Below, piece after piece: positions 30,092 through 40,881 of a DNA stretch of 64,000 nt. The position numbers were made by a program, and so were the translations under genes. The stretch is from NCBI GenBank assembly GCA_052168235.1, contig JBQLZK010000002.1, positions 32,001-96,000 on the forward strand, given 5' to 3'. How positions within the stretch are numbered: the stretch's first letter is position 1; the number at the start of each line of letters is the position of its first letter. This DNA is from Thainema sp. GTDB lineage: Bacteria; Cyanobacteriota; Cyanobacteriia; Phormidesmidales; Phormidesmidaceae. Below the pieces are notes generated by a model, which saw only the letters and a list, made by a program, of their open reading frames with translations, made no database searches and was not told where the DNA came from.

Positions 30092-31510
30092 CTACTCATT
30101 CATCGTTCGATAGGTTGCCACTGCTGAGGGCGAGATGCGGTTCAGATATCGGAAAATCCAGTACTTAAACACCGTATCTAGAATCACCGGGAACGTGGCG
30201 ATAAATAGGAAGATAAAGTCGCGGTTTGCAGGTAAACCAAAGTGGCGCGAAATTCCTTCCAGCAGCACTTCCCAGCCGTGGGGAGAGTGATATCCCACAA
30301 ACGTATCGGTGAACAGAATGATAATGAACGCCTTGGCGCTATCGCTGAGGCCATAGACAATCTCATCGATAAACGACTTGAGAATGGCGATCTCACGCCG
30401 ACTGTTTAGTAATACCGCCGCAAATGCCACTGACGCAAAAATATCGGCAAAGACATTTTTAATTGCGTTAGTACTCAGCGCTAGATACTCTGCTTCAAGT
30501 TCAATCGCCTTTTCACGGATGCGCTCCTCGATCTCCCCTTCCGACATTGGCTCTACTTTGCCGATAAACTCCTCGAATCGCAACCGCTCCGAATACCGCT
30601 GGAGTTCGTGCAGCGCTTCTTCCTCCATCTCCATATTGAGGAAGTTGTCAGCCTGATCGCGCTGAATGGCCGCTACGTAACCGCGATCAACAATTGGCCC
30701 AACTAGGATATTTTTGCTCACCTGCTGCACCAACAGCGGCACAATGATCAGCAACAGGATAAACTTCAGCGCCGAGAGCGTTTTAGCCCGCGATACGCGA
30801 AAACTTTGGACGACTTCTTCTTCCGCATCTGGATCGAGCTCTTGTTTAATCCGATCAACAGTACGCAGAATCGAACGGGGTAAAAAGCTAGCTTGATCAG
30901 ACAAAGCATCCACATTCGATGGCACCTCCTCCTCCCTCGGCTGAACCATCTCTGGTTTGGGCACGTAGGCTTTTGGTGAACCAGCCGGAGTTTTAGAGCG
31001 AGCTTTCGTCGTTGTCTGAGTAGAGGCTGAACCTAGAAGTCCGTCGTTTGACGCTTTGCGGGACGCCGCTTTGTTAGACGAAACGGATTGCTGAACGAGT
31101 GCTGAGTTGCGAGGCGTTCGGTAGCGACTGAGCGTCTCGTCAATGTACTGGAGCTTCTTCAGGACAGCAGCAGGCTGATCGACGACATCAACGGTATACC
31201 AGTCTGAGGGCTGTTCTGAAACTTGAACTTCAGCACGGCGATAGTCCGGATCCCGAACTGTACTGCCTCTCTTGTGAAACAAAGCAAGCTGCCACTTGAT
31301 TTCACTGAGATACTCTTTGAGTTTACTGTCAAAGTAAGTCTGAGAACTTTGCCCATAGTCTGCGTTTTCAGCGGCGATCCGTTGACCATTGAAGTATCGA
31401 TCTTCGATTGACCGAAGACGCTGAGCTGCGACATACGCTCGATCCAGTGCTTGTTCTGAGGATTGAGACAACCACTGTTTAGCTCTCCGAAAATACCCCT
31501 GGATGCTCAT
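30092..31510 (-). CDS. pxcA: Proton extrusion protein PxcA (CemA family)
   Basis: LSDSAKAFIIILFTD.FVGYHSPHGWE, ATFPVILDTVFKYWIFRYLNRISPS. Confidence 0.95.
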   Translation of the reverse strand: MSIQGYFRRAKQWLSQSSEQALDRAYVAAQRLRSIEDRYFNGQRIAAENADYGQSSQTYFDSKLKEYLSEIKWQLALFHKRGSTVRDPDYRRAEVQVSEQPSDWYTVDVVDQPAAVLKKLQYIDETLSRYRTPRNSALVQQSVSSNKAASRKASNDGLLGSASTQTTTKARSKTPAGSPKAYVPKPEMVQPREEEVPSNVDALSDQASFLPRSILRTVDRIKQELDPDAEEEVVQSFRVSRAKTLSALKFILLLIIVPLLVQQVSKNILVGPIVDRGYVAAIQRDQADNFLNMEMEEEALHELQRYSERLRFEEFIGKVEPMSEGEIEERIREKAIELEAEYLALSTNAIKNVFADIFASVAFAAVLLNSRREIAILKSFIDEIVYGLSDSAKAFIIILFTDTFVGYHSPHGWEVLLEGISRHFGLPANRDFIFLFIATFPVILDTVFKYWIFRYLNRISPSAVATYRTMNE

Positions 31511-31795
31511 ATAAGAATGTCGTTAATGGCTGGAAAAGATAGATTAATACCAAGTCCGCTTGATCTGCACCGTGTTTAGGTTAAAACGTTTGGGTCTAAC
31601 GATGTCAAACGTCCATACCAGTTTAGATGGCATAAATAAATCCAAAATCAGGAAAATGCCTAGAGAGAGCCCCCTCCAGTTTGGTTGTTTAGTTTCCGGG
31701 CGTTTGGATTGCTGATATTCCATTGCCTGGGGGTGATGGCAGCGGTCAGACGGTGAGATGAAGCGTTAAAGTCAACTCATCCTATCAAATTCTGT

Positions 31796-34006
31796 TTGAG
31801 GATTGCGGTGTCACCATCTTCTTTTTGGATCACAGGATCAACCCGCAGCGGCAAAACCGCTCGCCTGATTGAGCTAGGACTACGCTGGCAGGCCGAACAG
31901 TCTTCGGTTGAACAATCGGTTGTGCTTCAGTCGGTTGGCCGTTCAAGCTATCAAATAAATGATCAACCCTCAACTTTGCAGAACCGTCTAGCTACGCCAC
32001 CTGGTAGCGTTCTCCTCGTGATGGCTGCTACGGGCGAAACCCGCATTGATCTGATGGATCGGCTGCTGGCTCAAACTCAAGGTCGGTTGCCTGTCGAATC
32101 CACAACGCCACTGGGCTTTATTCAATCGGAAGTACAGCTTTTTTGGCCGCTGCTACGGCAGCAACTCGACATCAGCACTCAGTTTCCGATTCGGCTCCGT
32201 CCCGAAAAGGAGCAGGAGTTGGCCACTCAGCTTTGGCAGTCTGATTTAGAGCAGGGACGGCTGCAAATGGATGGCGTCTCGGAGTTTTACCAAGTCCGGC
32301 GCATCCTTGATTTGGTTCAATTGGCGGCCTTCGCGATGGTGCCGCTAGAGGATATTCCCACCCTGATGACCGAGGGTTGGACGCAGACCAATCCTGCACA
32401 GCTATGGCAAACCGTGGGCGAGGCGATTCTACACTGGCGCTCATGGTGTTTGGAACAGGGACTGCTGAGTTATGGCTTGATGACGGATTTGTATTGGCAA
32501 TACTTGTTGCCCCATCCCCTCTATCAAGAGCGATTGCGATCGCGTTTTTGGGGTGTTCTAGCCGATGATGTGGATGAATATCCTGCGATCGCACATGCCT
32601 GGTTTTCTTGTTTACTTGATCAGGGTGCGGTCGGTGCGTTCACGTTTAATCCGGATGGGCAGGTGCGGTTAGGTCAGGGGGCTGATCCGCCGTACATTGA
32701 GCAACTGGCCGGACGCTGTGAAATTATTGCCCTGGAGCATGCTTCTGTGGATTCTCTAGGTTTTACCTGGAGCGAATCGATCATTAACTGGGTGCAAGAT
32801 CCGTTTACGATTGAGGAACTACCAGAACCGTTTACGGCGATTCAAGAAACCTCGCGGGCACAGCTTTTGCGCCGATTGGGAGAGGCGATTACTCATGCAG
32901 TTCAAACGGGGCAAGTGGAACCCAAAGATATTGCCATCATCGGTCCAGGTCTTGATCCAATCGCTCGCTATACGCTGACCGAAATCTTGTCTAAACAGGG
33001 GATTCCGATCACCATTCTGAACGATCAGCGACCGCTGATTAGCTCACCAATTGTGCGATCGCTGTTGACGCTGCTGTGTTTGATCTATCCCAACCTGGGC
33101 CGCTGGATCGATCGAGAAGCGATCGCAGAAATGTTAATTGTGTTTAGCCAAACCCCGGCTCAAACCGTAGGGCAATCCTGGATTGATCTAGCCCGCATTG
33201 ATCCCGTGCGAGCTGAACTGCTAGCCGATCACTGCTTTGAACCCCATCCCAATCAGCCCAAGCTGTTGCCAATGACCGCATTCTCCCGCTGGGATCGGCT
33301 GGGCCACCAAGCGGCGGAGGCTTATGAGAGCCTGTTGAACTGGCTCAATGACCAAATTCAACAGCAGCAGCAGCGGCTGATCCCTAGCGTTGTGGCATTA
33401 CTGGATCGGGCGATTCAACAGTTTCTCTGGCGGGGTAGCCACTTGCCCTATGATCAGCTGGCGGTGTTGCGGGAGCTAATCGAAACCGCTCAGCACTACT
33501 GGGATGTAGAGGGGCGACTCAGGCGAGAGGATGATTTAGGAGCTTCAGAAGCTTCAGGGGCTTCGGGAGAAATTGCAGATTTCATTCAGCTTTTACGCTC
33601 TGGTGCGGTTAGTGCTGATCCCTATCCGGCTAAGCCCGTTGAGCAAACCCCGCCGATCACCCTAGCCACGGTGTATCAGTATCGTGCGCGCCGCCTGTCT
33701 CACCGCTGGCAGTTCTGGCTGGATGCGAGTTCTCCCCGCTGGCTCACGGGGGATGACAGTCGCTATGGTGCGCCCGTTTTCTGGCGCGACAGACCGCTGC
33801 ATCCTTGGACAGCGGAAGACACACTCAACTTTGGCGAAGCACGACTGCGACGGATTCTGCTGGACTTATTGGCGCGTACATCTGATCGAGTGATTCTTTG
33901 TCACAGCGATTTGTCTACGAGTGGTCAGGATCAGACGGGGCCGTTGCAGACGTTGGTAAATGCGGCACAGGGGATTGAGAGTGAGGGAGTTAGGAGTGAG
34001 GAGTGA
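31796..34006 (+). CDS. Conserved cyanobacterial P-loop protein, degenerate UvrD/SF1-helicase-like
   Basis: WITGSTRSGKT Walker A, LADDVDEYP Walker B-like, DIAII, late LLART..VIL. Confidence 0.65.
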   Translation: MRIAVSPSSFWITGSTRSGKTARLIELGLRWQAEQSSVEQSVVLQSVGRSSYQINDQPSTLQNRLATPPGSVLLVMAATGETRIDLMDRLLAQTQGRLPVESTTPLGFIQSEVQLFWPLLRQQLDISTQFPIRLRPEKEQELATQLWQSDLEQGRLQMDGVSEFYQVRRILDLVQLAAFAMVPLEDIPTLMTEGWTQTNPAQLWQTVGEAILHWRSWCLEQGLLSYGLMTDLYWQYLLPHPLYQERLRSRFWGVLADDVDEYPAIAHAWFSCLLDQGAVGAFTFNPDGQVRLGQGADPPYIEQLAGRCEIIALEHASVDSLGFTWSESIINWVQDPFTIEELPEPFTAIQETSRAQLLRRLGEAITHAVQTGQVEPKDIAIIGPGLDPIARYTLTEILSKQGIPITILNDQRPLISSPIVRSLLTLLCLIYPNLGRWIDREAIAEMLIVFSQTPAQTVGQSWIDLARIDPVRAELLADHCFEPHPNQPKLLPMTAFSRWDRLGHQAAEAYESLLNWLNDQIQQQQQRLIPSVVALLDRAIQQFLWRGSHLPYDQLAVLRELIETAQHYWDVEGRLRREDDLGASEASGASGEIADFIQLLRSGAVSADPYPAKPVEQTPPITLATVYQYRARRLSHRWQFWLDASSPRWLTGDDSRYGAPVFWRDRPLHPWTAEDTLNFGEARLRRILLDLLARTSDRVILCHSDLSTSGQDQTGPLQTLVNAAQGIESEGVRSEE

Positions 34007-35708
34007 GAAGTAGCGATTTTCCTTCCAAATACTCCGGCTTTTCAGCTTCGATTAAATCTAAAATCGTTGGCGCTAAATCGATCACCTCGGCTGTCGGCAA
34101 GTCAGTTCCAGGCTCAACTTGAGGGCTTTTCAGCAGCACGAATCCGTCCGGCATGTGTCCCCCAGTGCGGTAGTAGGTGATGGGGCCGATGCGTCCGAGC
34201 ATTGGATGATCCACAACATCCGTGACCTGATCGTGCCAGAGCACCACCAAATCGGCATCGGGTAACTGGGGATCGCAACTGATTGCTTGATCCTGCGATC
34301 GCACGTTTACCACCGACTTGACTAACGGCTGACCTGTCCGGGCATCCGTTAGCTGATACAGCAGTTGAGTCAGCTCCTCACAGGTTTGCTCATAGTCAGC
34401 TACGTCAACCACACCCTGACCTTCTCGACCTGCTAGATTAATCCGAATATGCCCAGCCGCAAAGGCAGGCAGGGCAAAGGCTTTCATCTGCGGCCAGAGA
34501 TTGGCGTACCACATGGCGGGCATCCAATTAAGGGGCTGATTGCGATCGCGCATTTCATAGGGCGAGGTTAAGCGGGGATTCGAGCCAGCGTTGAGCCAGG
34601 TATCGAACCGACTCGGCACCCAGGGCATCAGCAGTCGCTTGAGCGGATTGGGGTCGTAGCGGCGCTGCCACACTTCGCCTGCCCAGCTTTTGCGACGGGG
34701 ATGCAGGTAAGGAGGACGCGGAGGACGGTTGGTTGTATTTGGTGCGATCGCAACTTGCCCCGGAAAGCTGTAGCGGTACATCAGCTCCGGCAGGATGGTC
34801 ATGCTGTTCATGTCGGTGACGTTGTCGCCCATGCCGTGAACGGCGAAGATCACCACTTGAGCATCGTCAGGAGCAGCCGCCACAATCTCACCAATGGCCT
34901 GATCGATGTGTTGGAAGGCAGTTAGTAGTGGGTCGTTGGTAGGTTGGTGCTCAGCGATGGATTGATTCGTGCTATTCCCCTTCCGCGATCGCGGATGGAG
35001 GGGATGGCTGGCCTGGTGCAAGTGCCAGAGATCGTGACCAGCGGTATGAGATTCACCGAAAACGGTGAGCAGCAGATCCCACTGTTCTTGTTGCAGGAGT
35101 TCCTGACAGATCTGCGATCGCACGTTTGCGCTTTTGGCAATTCCCGTTTGAATACGCTCCAGATAACTCGCATCCCACCAGTTGCCGTAGTCCTGATGCA
35201 GCAGCGGATTTTTGCCGTAGCGCTGCAGCAAATCGGGCAGGACGTGTTCCGGCGACGAGCGGCTGGGTGTATGAGGCGCATGGCCACCCCAGCCCAGAAT
35301 TTGGATGCCGTTCACCTGATCGGCCAGCGCTGAAACAGGTACGTCAAATACTGCCAGCCGTCGCGACTCGTCTAGGCTCCAAAATGGTGGATACTGCTGA
35401 TAATCATAGGCTCCATTGATCGTGTCGTGAGTGATCCGATAGTCCTCCGCATCGAACTGAACCGGACTCCAGTACCCTGTCGTGTCAGGCCGACAGCCGC
35501 TGCTAAACATCACCCACAGTCGTTCCGTCGATGAAGTTTCGGTGAGATGGCCGCCGTAGTTGACCTGCGATCGCAGCCGACCGTAAGCTCCCTGCTGCCG
35601 GATGCGCTGCAAATGGGGCAGATCGCCACGCTGCATCCAGGTTTCTAAGCGATTGGGATCAGCCGCATCTAGGCCAATGGCAATAACGGGAGCTGACATA
35701 GAACTCAT
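33990..35708 (-). CDS. Alkaline phosphatase superfamily / nucleotide pyrophosphatase-phosphodiesterase
   Basis: IGLDAAD, HTAGHDLW, VHGM, IRINLAGRE, GGH..DG, IDLAPTIL. Confidence 0.85.
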   Translation of the reverse strand: MSSMSAPVIAIGLDAADPNRLETWMQRGDLPHLQRIRQQGAYGRLRSQVNYGGHLTETSSTERLWVMFSSGCRPDTTGYWSPVQFDAEDYRITHDTINGAYDYQQYPPFWSLDESRRLAVFDVPVSALADQVNGIQILGWGGHAPHTPSRSSPEHVLPDLLQRYGKNPLLHQDYGNWWDASYLERIQTGIAKSANVRSQICQELLQQEQWDLLLTVFGESHTAGHDLWHLHQASHPLHPRSRKGNSTNQSIAEHQPTNDPLLTAFQHIDQAIGEIVAAAPDDAQVVIFAVHGMGDNVTDMNSMTILPELMYRYSFPGQVAIAPNTTNRPPRPPYLHPRRKSWAGEVWQRRYDPNPLKRLLMPWVPSRFDTWLNAGSNPRLTSPYEMRDRNQPLNWMPAMWYANLWPQMKAFALPAFAAGHIRINLAGREGQGVVDVADYEQTCEELTQLLYQLTDARTGQPLVKSVVNVRSQDQAISCDPQLPDADLVVLWHDQVTDVVDHPMLGRIGPITYYRTGGHMPDGFVLLKSPQVEPGTDLPTAEVIDLAPTILDLIEAEKPEYLEGKSLLLTPHS

Positions 35709-35748
35709 AAGCTTAGGAACGCGGATTTAACAACGTGAAATTCTGGGG

Positions 35749-35777
35749 GTAGGGACACGGCATTGCCGTGTCCCTAC
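35749..35777. repeat. REP palindrome class 2
   Basis: GTAGGGACACGGC att GCCGTGTCCCTAC. Confidence 0.8.
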
Positions 35778-35814
35778 GGATGGAATGATTGATAGGCTAC
35801 TTAATTCACAATCT

Positions 35815-36981
35815 TTAGGGCCACAGGGCAGGTTCTTCCGCGACCGGATCGAGAGCGGAATCAAGGGGTTGTGGCGGACTGGAAACGCCCAGTTCTGTGG
35901 TGCCGGACTCTAGCGAGTTGCGATCGCACTTTAGCGATCGCACCTGAAATAAATTTATGAGAGCCGAGATCGCAGATCGTGCTGCTTGCGCCGTTTTACT
36001 CGAAAAAAAATGACTGGAAAAAAAAGCCCGCCATAAGTGCGATCGCATGAGCCAAAAGAAGGGGCTGATCAGGCTACACCACAGCATTTCCAATTCACAA
36101 GCTGTCACCACATCGCGCTTAGACTGACGCACGCTCATCGCTAAACCTAATAGATAGCGCCGCAGATCATTGCCAAAATACAGCACGCTCATCGCTGGCT
36201 GCTGCCAATTTGACCAGCGCATCATCCGAATATGATGACGGCTCAAGCCAATACAGCGCACTAGACTCAGCAGATAATCCGGTTCTAATCGCCAAGCCGG
36301 AATGTGGTGCCAAATTTCCAGCGTTGGTGCATACCAAATTTGCCAGCCTGCTTTTTGAATGTGCAGCACCGCCTCTAAATCTTCACTGGCCAAAAAGGCC
36401 TCTTTACCGCGATGATTCAAAACGAGCTGATGCGGAACCGATGCCAACCAGGCCTGACGCTGCACCACCAGTCCCGCTCCGGGCGGCAGCATTTTCTGAT
36501 CAAATTGATACTGATGAGCCTCTGCTCCCCGCTCCACAATGGCAAAGTAGGGCGCAATCTGCTCAAACCGCTCTGGCACCTGCACATCTGGCTCAAACCG
36601 AGGCCGCACCCGTCCGCCATAGGCACCCGCCTGTGGATGCGCTCGACCAAAGGCATAAGCCATCGCCACCCAATCTGGAGCAGGCCAGTTGTCATCATCT
36701 AAAAAGCCAATCCACTCACCTTGCGCCATTTCCACCGCCCGCTGCCGCGCAAAGGCCGCACCTTGCTTAGACTCCGTGCAATATCGCAAGGGCCATGCCG
36801 CTGTCCACTGCTGCTGATAATGCCGCACAATCTGCGCAGTTTGATCGGTGCTATTGTTATCCACCACCACAATTTCCCACCTAAACTGTTCGGTACCCGT
36901 TTGACGGTGCAGCCGATCGAGCACAGCGGGTAAACGCTGTTCCCCATTGAAGGTTGGAATGGCAATGGTGAAATCGACCAT
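35815..36981 (-). CDS. hpsE: GT2 glycosyltransferase, HpsE-like
   Basis: DFTIAIPTFNG..RL, VVDNNSTD, FLDDDN, PPGAGL, SEDLE. Confidence 0.7.
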   Translation of the reverse strand: MVDFTIAIPTFNGEQRLPAVLDRLHRQTGTEQFRWEIVVVDNNSTDQTAQIVRHYQQQWTAAWPLRYCTESKQGAAFARQRAVEMAQGEWIGFLDDDNWPAPDWVAMAYAFGRAHPQAGAYGGRVRPRFEPDVQVPERFEQIAPYFAIVERGAEAHQYQFDQKMLPPGAGLVVQRQAWLASVPHQLVLNHRGKEAFLASEDLEAVLHIQKAGWQIWYAPTLEIWHHIPAWRLEPDYLLSLVRCIGLSRHHIRMMRWSNWQQPAMSVLYFGNDLRRYLLGLAMSVRQSKRDVVTACELEMLWCSLISPFFWLMRSHLWRAFFSSHFFSSKTAQAARSAISALINLFQVRSLKCDRNSLESGTTELGVSSPPQPLDSALDPVAEEPALWP

Positions 36982-37663
36982 GAAGATTCCAGCAGAGTCC
37001 TAAGCCTAAGCGAATTTCGAGAATCGTCCAGATACAAGTGTTACGAAACAGCGTTGCCAGCTTGAATATTTCGCTTTGGATGTTTCGCTTATCTAGAGAA
37101 TGCACCGTTTATTAAGAAGTGGCAGTCAAACGCAGTCGGCTCCATGCTACTCGGTTTCGAAAAACAGAAACCGATCTCAATCACAGCATGCCTTCGGGAT
37201 TTAACCATCCCTCTTACCTTATAGAAACAGCAGATCTACAGCATGTTCCGAGCAAATGGTTCGTCTAACGACGTAGTCCATTGGGCTGAGGTTGCAGAAT
37301 CTACGGGAACTCTACAGTAAGAAAATAAAGATCATGTAAAGGCATATAGAATTACGTACCGCTCCTTTATGAAGTTTGCTACTTTTACTCATAAGGGTAT
37401 CTAGCTTTAATACCTTGGGTGCATTGTGTCGACTGGCTTTCGTACTTAAATTCCAGATGAGTACGAGCTTGATTATCGGCTTCGAACCGCTGTGCTAACG
37501 GAGCCAACATGTGTTCCATAGCAGCTCAAATGAGCGAGATCACAGCTCCTCGTAAACCTATGGCTTACGCTGGTCTACGAAATTCCACTGAGACAGCCAA
37601 ACAATATGACCAAACAATATGGGTAGTGGTTCGAGAAGGACATCTATCGGATTCGCAAGTTTT

Positions 37664-38512
37664 ATGAAAAGCAGTTTAATCCTATTTGCTAAGCCACTGA
37701 TGCGATCGCAACCTGTCAAGGCCTGCGGCGTCGCCCTATTCTTTGCTGGACTTGCATTTGCCAGCCCAGCCAACGCCGCTAGTTATACCATCGACTTTGA
37801 AACCGATGCGGCTGGGAACCCGATTAAGGTTGGGAATGGCAAAAAATCAGACGGTAACGGCGATCTGATCAGTGATCAATGGCTCGACTGGGGGGTCAAC
37901 ATCAGTGCAGAGCGCAACGGTAGCCCGGAGCCTTTGCTGCTGTTCAACAGCAACTGCTTTGGAGAAAGCTGCACTGGCGACCCAGACGATGACTTGGCGA
38001 CTGGCGAACCGTTTGGGACAGAACCGCAGGGTAATGTGCTGATTATTCAGCAAAAGAACGATAAGCTCTGGGATCCCAATGATGATTGGCGGGGCGGCAC
38101 GATTAGCTTTGACTTTATGGATGGTGGTGTCAATCTGGACTCCATTACTCTGCTAGACGTGGACGATGACTTTGGCCGCAACGGTGTCGATAGCATCATG
38201 TTCACGGCTTATTTCACCGATGGTACGACTGAGGAAATTGATATTTTCTCGCTACCTAACGGGCCAGATGGCATTGTTAAACAACTATCCGATGTCACGG
38301 GGGACAACTCACTCTACGAGTTTTCACTTGGCCTATCTGACGTCATGAAGTTTGACGTGACTTATCCCGGTAGCGGTGCGATCGCATCTATTAAGTGGGA
38401 CGATGAAGTCACACGAGATATCCCTGAACCTGTTTCTGCCGTTGGCTTACTCGCCGCTAGTGCTATTGGTGCAGGTGCTACCTTGCGGCAAAAGCGAACC
38501 CGCCAATCCTAA
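37664..38512 (+). CDS. PEP-CTERM sorting domain surface protein
   Basis: Signal peptide (ASPANA-A), D/G/N-rich body, C-terminal IPEP + hydrophobic helix + RQKR. Confidence 0.88.
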   Translation: MKSSLILFAKPLMRSQPVKACGVALFFAGLAFASPANAASYTIDFETDAAGNPIKVGNGKKSDGNGDLISDQWLDWGVNISAERNGSPEPLLLFNSNCFGESCTGDPDDDLATGEPFGTEPQGNVLIIQQKNDKLWDPNDDWRGGTISFDFMDGGVNLDSITLLDVDDDFGRNGVDSIMFTAYFTDGTTEEIDIFSLPNGPDGIVKQLSDVTGDNSLYEFSLGLSDVMKFDVTYPGSGAIASIKWDDEVTRDIPEPVSAVGLLAASAIGAGATLRQKRTRQS

Positions 38513-38604
38513 TTCAAAATCAACTCCAAAACCCAAACTTCGAAGGCACAATCCGCCCAGTATCTCTTATCCTGAGGACTGGGCGTTTTTTGGCAGCTTA
38601 AACC

Positions 38605-39390
38605 GTGAAGATCGCGACTTGGAACGTTAACTCAATTCGAACCCGCTTAGCGCATGTCACCGAGTGGCTCGACACTAATCCGGTAGACGTACTCTGTCTC
38701 CAGGAAACCAAAGTGATCGACGATGATTTTCCGCGCGATCCCTTCGAGGAACGGGGCTATTCCCTCTACGTTTTCGGCCAAAAATCCTACAACGGTGTGG
38801 CAATGGTCAGCCGCGAACCGCTGAGTAATGTGCAGATGGGCTTTAGTGCGATCGCACCTTCGGAAACCGCCACAGAATTTGATGCCCAAAAGCGCGTCAT
38901 CACCGGAGTCGCCAACGGCATCCGCATCGTCAATCTCTATGTGCCCAATGGTTCCTCCATCGGCAGCGATAAGTATGACTACAAGCTGCGCTGGCTGAAA
39001 ACCCTGGAGCAGTATCTAGGAGTACTACTCGACCAGCCCGAACCGATCAACGTCTGCGGCGATTTCAATATTGCACTGGAAGACAAGGACATTCACAATC
39101 CGGAAAAACGAGAGAAGCACATCATGGCCTCGGACGCTGAACGCGAGGCACTGCAAAATGTTCTGCAACTGGGCTTCCAAGATGTCTTTCGCAAGTTCAC
39201 CGAAGACGGCGGCCACTTTAGCTGGTGGGACTACCGCGCCGCTTCGTTCCGCCGCAACCTCGGCTGGCGCATCGACCATCACTATGCCTCGGCCTCGCTC
39301 TATGAAAAAGCTCTAGCCTGCAAAATTGATGTGGAACCTCGCAAACTAGAAAAACCCAGCGATCACGCCCCCGTCATCGTCGAGTATTAA
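38605..39390 (+). CDS. xth: Exodeoxyribonuclease III
   Basis: KIATWNVNSIR, LQETK, YNGVA, GDFNIA, WWDYR, RIDH, SDHAP. Confidence 0.96.
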   Translation: MKIATWNVNSIRTRLAHVTEWLDTNPVDVLCLQETKVIDDDFPRDPFEERGYSLYVFGQKSYNGVAMVSREPLSNVQMGFSAIAPSETATEFDAQKRVITGVANGIRIVNLYVPNGSSIGSDKYDYKLRWLKTLEQYLGVLLDQPEPINVCGDFNIALEDKDIHNPEKREKHIMASDAEREALQNVLQLGFQDVFRKFTEDGGHFSWWDYRAASFRRNLGWRIDHHYASASLYEKALACKIDVEPRKLEKPSDHAPVIVEY

Positions 39391-39450
39391 ATGTGATGAC
39401 TCCTAATGTAATTGAGCGTGAGTTAGTGCGATCGCAATTTTGCATTTCTG

Positions 39451-39478
39451 GTAGGGGCGAATGGCCATTCGCCCCTAC
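39451..39478. repeat. REP palindrome class 1, remote copy
   Basis: Identical to the RAYT-associated 28-mer. Confidence 0.9.
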
Positions 39479-39736
39479 GCAAGGTCTGACGATGATATTG
39501 CGGCGGAAATTCAGGCTGTACGCCAGCGATCCAAGTCGGTATGAGACCACAGACGGTTATTGATGCTTACGCTCATAGAACATTACAGATTTGTTACCGA
39601 TTTCTAAGCCGCTGATCGGTAGGGTATCCTCCCTACGGTAAGCTGGATATCTGTGAGTGAATTCGACGAGTTCATTCAGCGCCTTGATTGATCGATTTTT
39701 GTATCCTGTTTTAGTCAAATTGAGTCAAAGTCACTA

Positions 39737-40696
39737 ATGGTTGCTAGTCCTCCCCGCACGATTCGCATTGGTTCTCGGAAAAGCCAGTTGGCTATGGTGC
39801 AAACCCATTGGGTGCGCGATCGCTTGCAGGAATGCTATCCCGATCGCAAATTCGAAATCGAAACCATGAGCACCCAAGGCGACAAAATCCTCGACGTTGC
39901 CTTGGCCAAAATTGGCGACAAAGGTTTATTTACCAAAGAGCTAGAAATTGGCATGTTGGAGGGCAGCATTGACTTTGCCGTGCATTCCCTCAAAGATTTG
40001 CCGACCAACTTGCCCGAAGGCTTGATGCTGGGCTGCGTCACCGAGCGCGAAAACCCGGCTGATGCCCTGGTGGTTCACAGCAAATTCGAAGACAAGCAGA
40101 TCGATAAGCTGCCAGAAGGTGCCGTAATCGGGACATCGTCTCTGCGTCGTCTGGCTCAGCTGCGCCACCACTATCCGCATTTCACCTTCAAAGACGTGCG
40201 CGGCAACCTCAATACTCGCCTCGCCAAGCTGGATGCAGGTGAATATGATGCGCTGATCCTGGCTTACGCAGGTTTGGAGCGGTTAGGGATGCGCGATCGC
40301 ATTCATCAGGTTCTAGCACCGGAAGTGTCCCTACATGCTGTTGGCCAAGGCGCACTGGGCATCGAGTGCCGCTCCGATGATCCTGAAATTTTGGATCTCT
40401 TGAAAGCTATTCAGCATGAACCCACTGCTCAGCGCTGCGCTGCAGAGCGTTCCTTCCTGCGGGTGCTCGAAGGCGGTTGCCAAGTTCCCATCGGTGTGAA
40501 TACCGCGATTGAAGGTGATACGCTGACTCTAACTGGCATTGTGGCTAGCTTAGACGGCAAGCAACTCGTCAAAGGTACTGTGTCTGGTACTCCAGCGGAA
40601 GCAGAATCCTTGGGGATTCAACTCGCTAATCAGCTCAAGGCTGAAGGGGCTCAAGAAATTCTAGACGCAATCCTGGCTGAGATTCAGCGCAGCTAG
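39737..40696 (+). CDS. hemC: Hydroxymethylbilane synthase
   Basis: [13 protein letters not shown]-like [38 protein letters not shown]. Confidence 0.97.
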   Translation: MVASPPRTIRIGSRKSQLAMVQTHWVRDRLQECYPDRKFEIETMSTQGDKILDVALAKIGDKGLFTKELEIGMLEGSIDFAVHSLKDLPTNLPEGLMLGCVTERENPADALVVHSKFEDKQIDKLPEGAVIGTSSLRRLAQLRHHYPHFTFKDVRGNLNTRLAKLDAGEYDALILAYAGLERLGMRDRIHQVLAPEVSLHAVGQGALGIECRSDDPEILDLLKAIQHEPTAQRCAAERSFLRVLEGGCQVPIGVNTAIEGDTLTLTGIVASLDGKQLVKGTVSGTPAEAESLGIQLANQLKAEGAQEILDAILAEIQRS

Positions 40697-40732
40697 TTAT
40701 TCAGTGCAGCTAATTGGCTAGTTTCTATAACC

Positions 40733-40763
40733 ATAAAAGGCCGCGCATTGCGCGGCCTTTTAT
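40733..40763. terminator. Terminator hairpin after hemC
   Basis: ATAAAAGGCCGCGC att GCGCGGCCTTTTAT. Confidence 0.75.
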
Positions 40764-40780
40764 CATGTCAATATTTTGTA

Positions 40781-40873
40781 TATACAGCGATAGCCATATT
40801 GGTTAGGACGTTGTTATGGCGCGGCATCGCCGCGCCATAACAACGTCCTTGTTCTAACTTAGCTGGCTACAGC
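40781..40873 (+). mobile_element. MITE family B copy
   Basis: TAGCCATATTGGTTAGGACG-hairpin-CGTCC..TTCTAAC..GGCTACAGCT; homologous to 49604-49690. Confidence 0.65.
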
Positions 40874-40881
40874 TTCAATCG

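Noticed and set aside
33977..34012. GAGTGAG-type heptamer repeats at overlapping gene ends
   Set aside because: Common cyanobacterial short tandem repeats; explains the tail overlap, low information.
36210..36770. 186-aa antisense ORF and the other shadow ORFs in the track
   Set aside because: They overlap well-supported genes and show no family motifs.
36990..37660. Riboswitch upstream of the PEP-CTERM gene
   Set aside because: Only short hairpins; no recognisable aptamer consensus.
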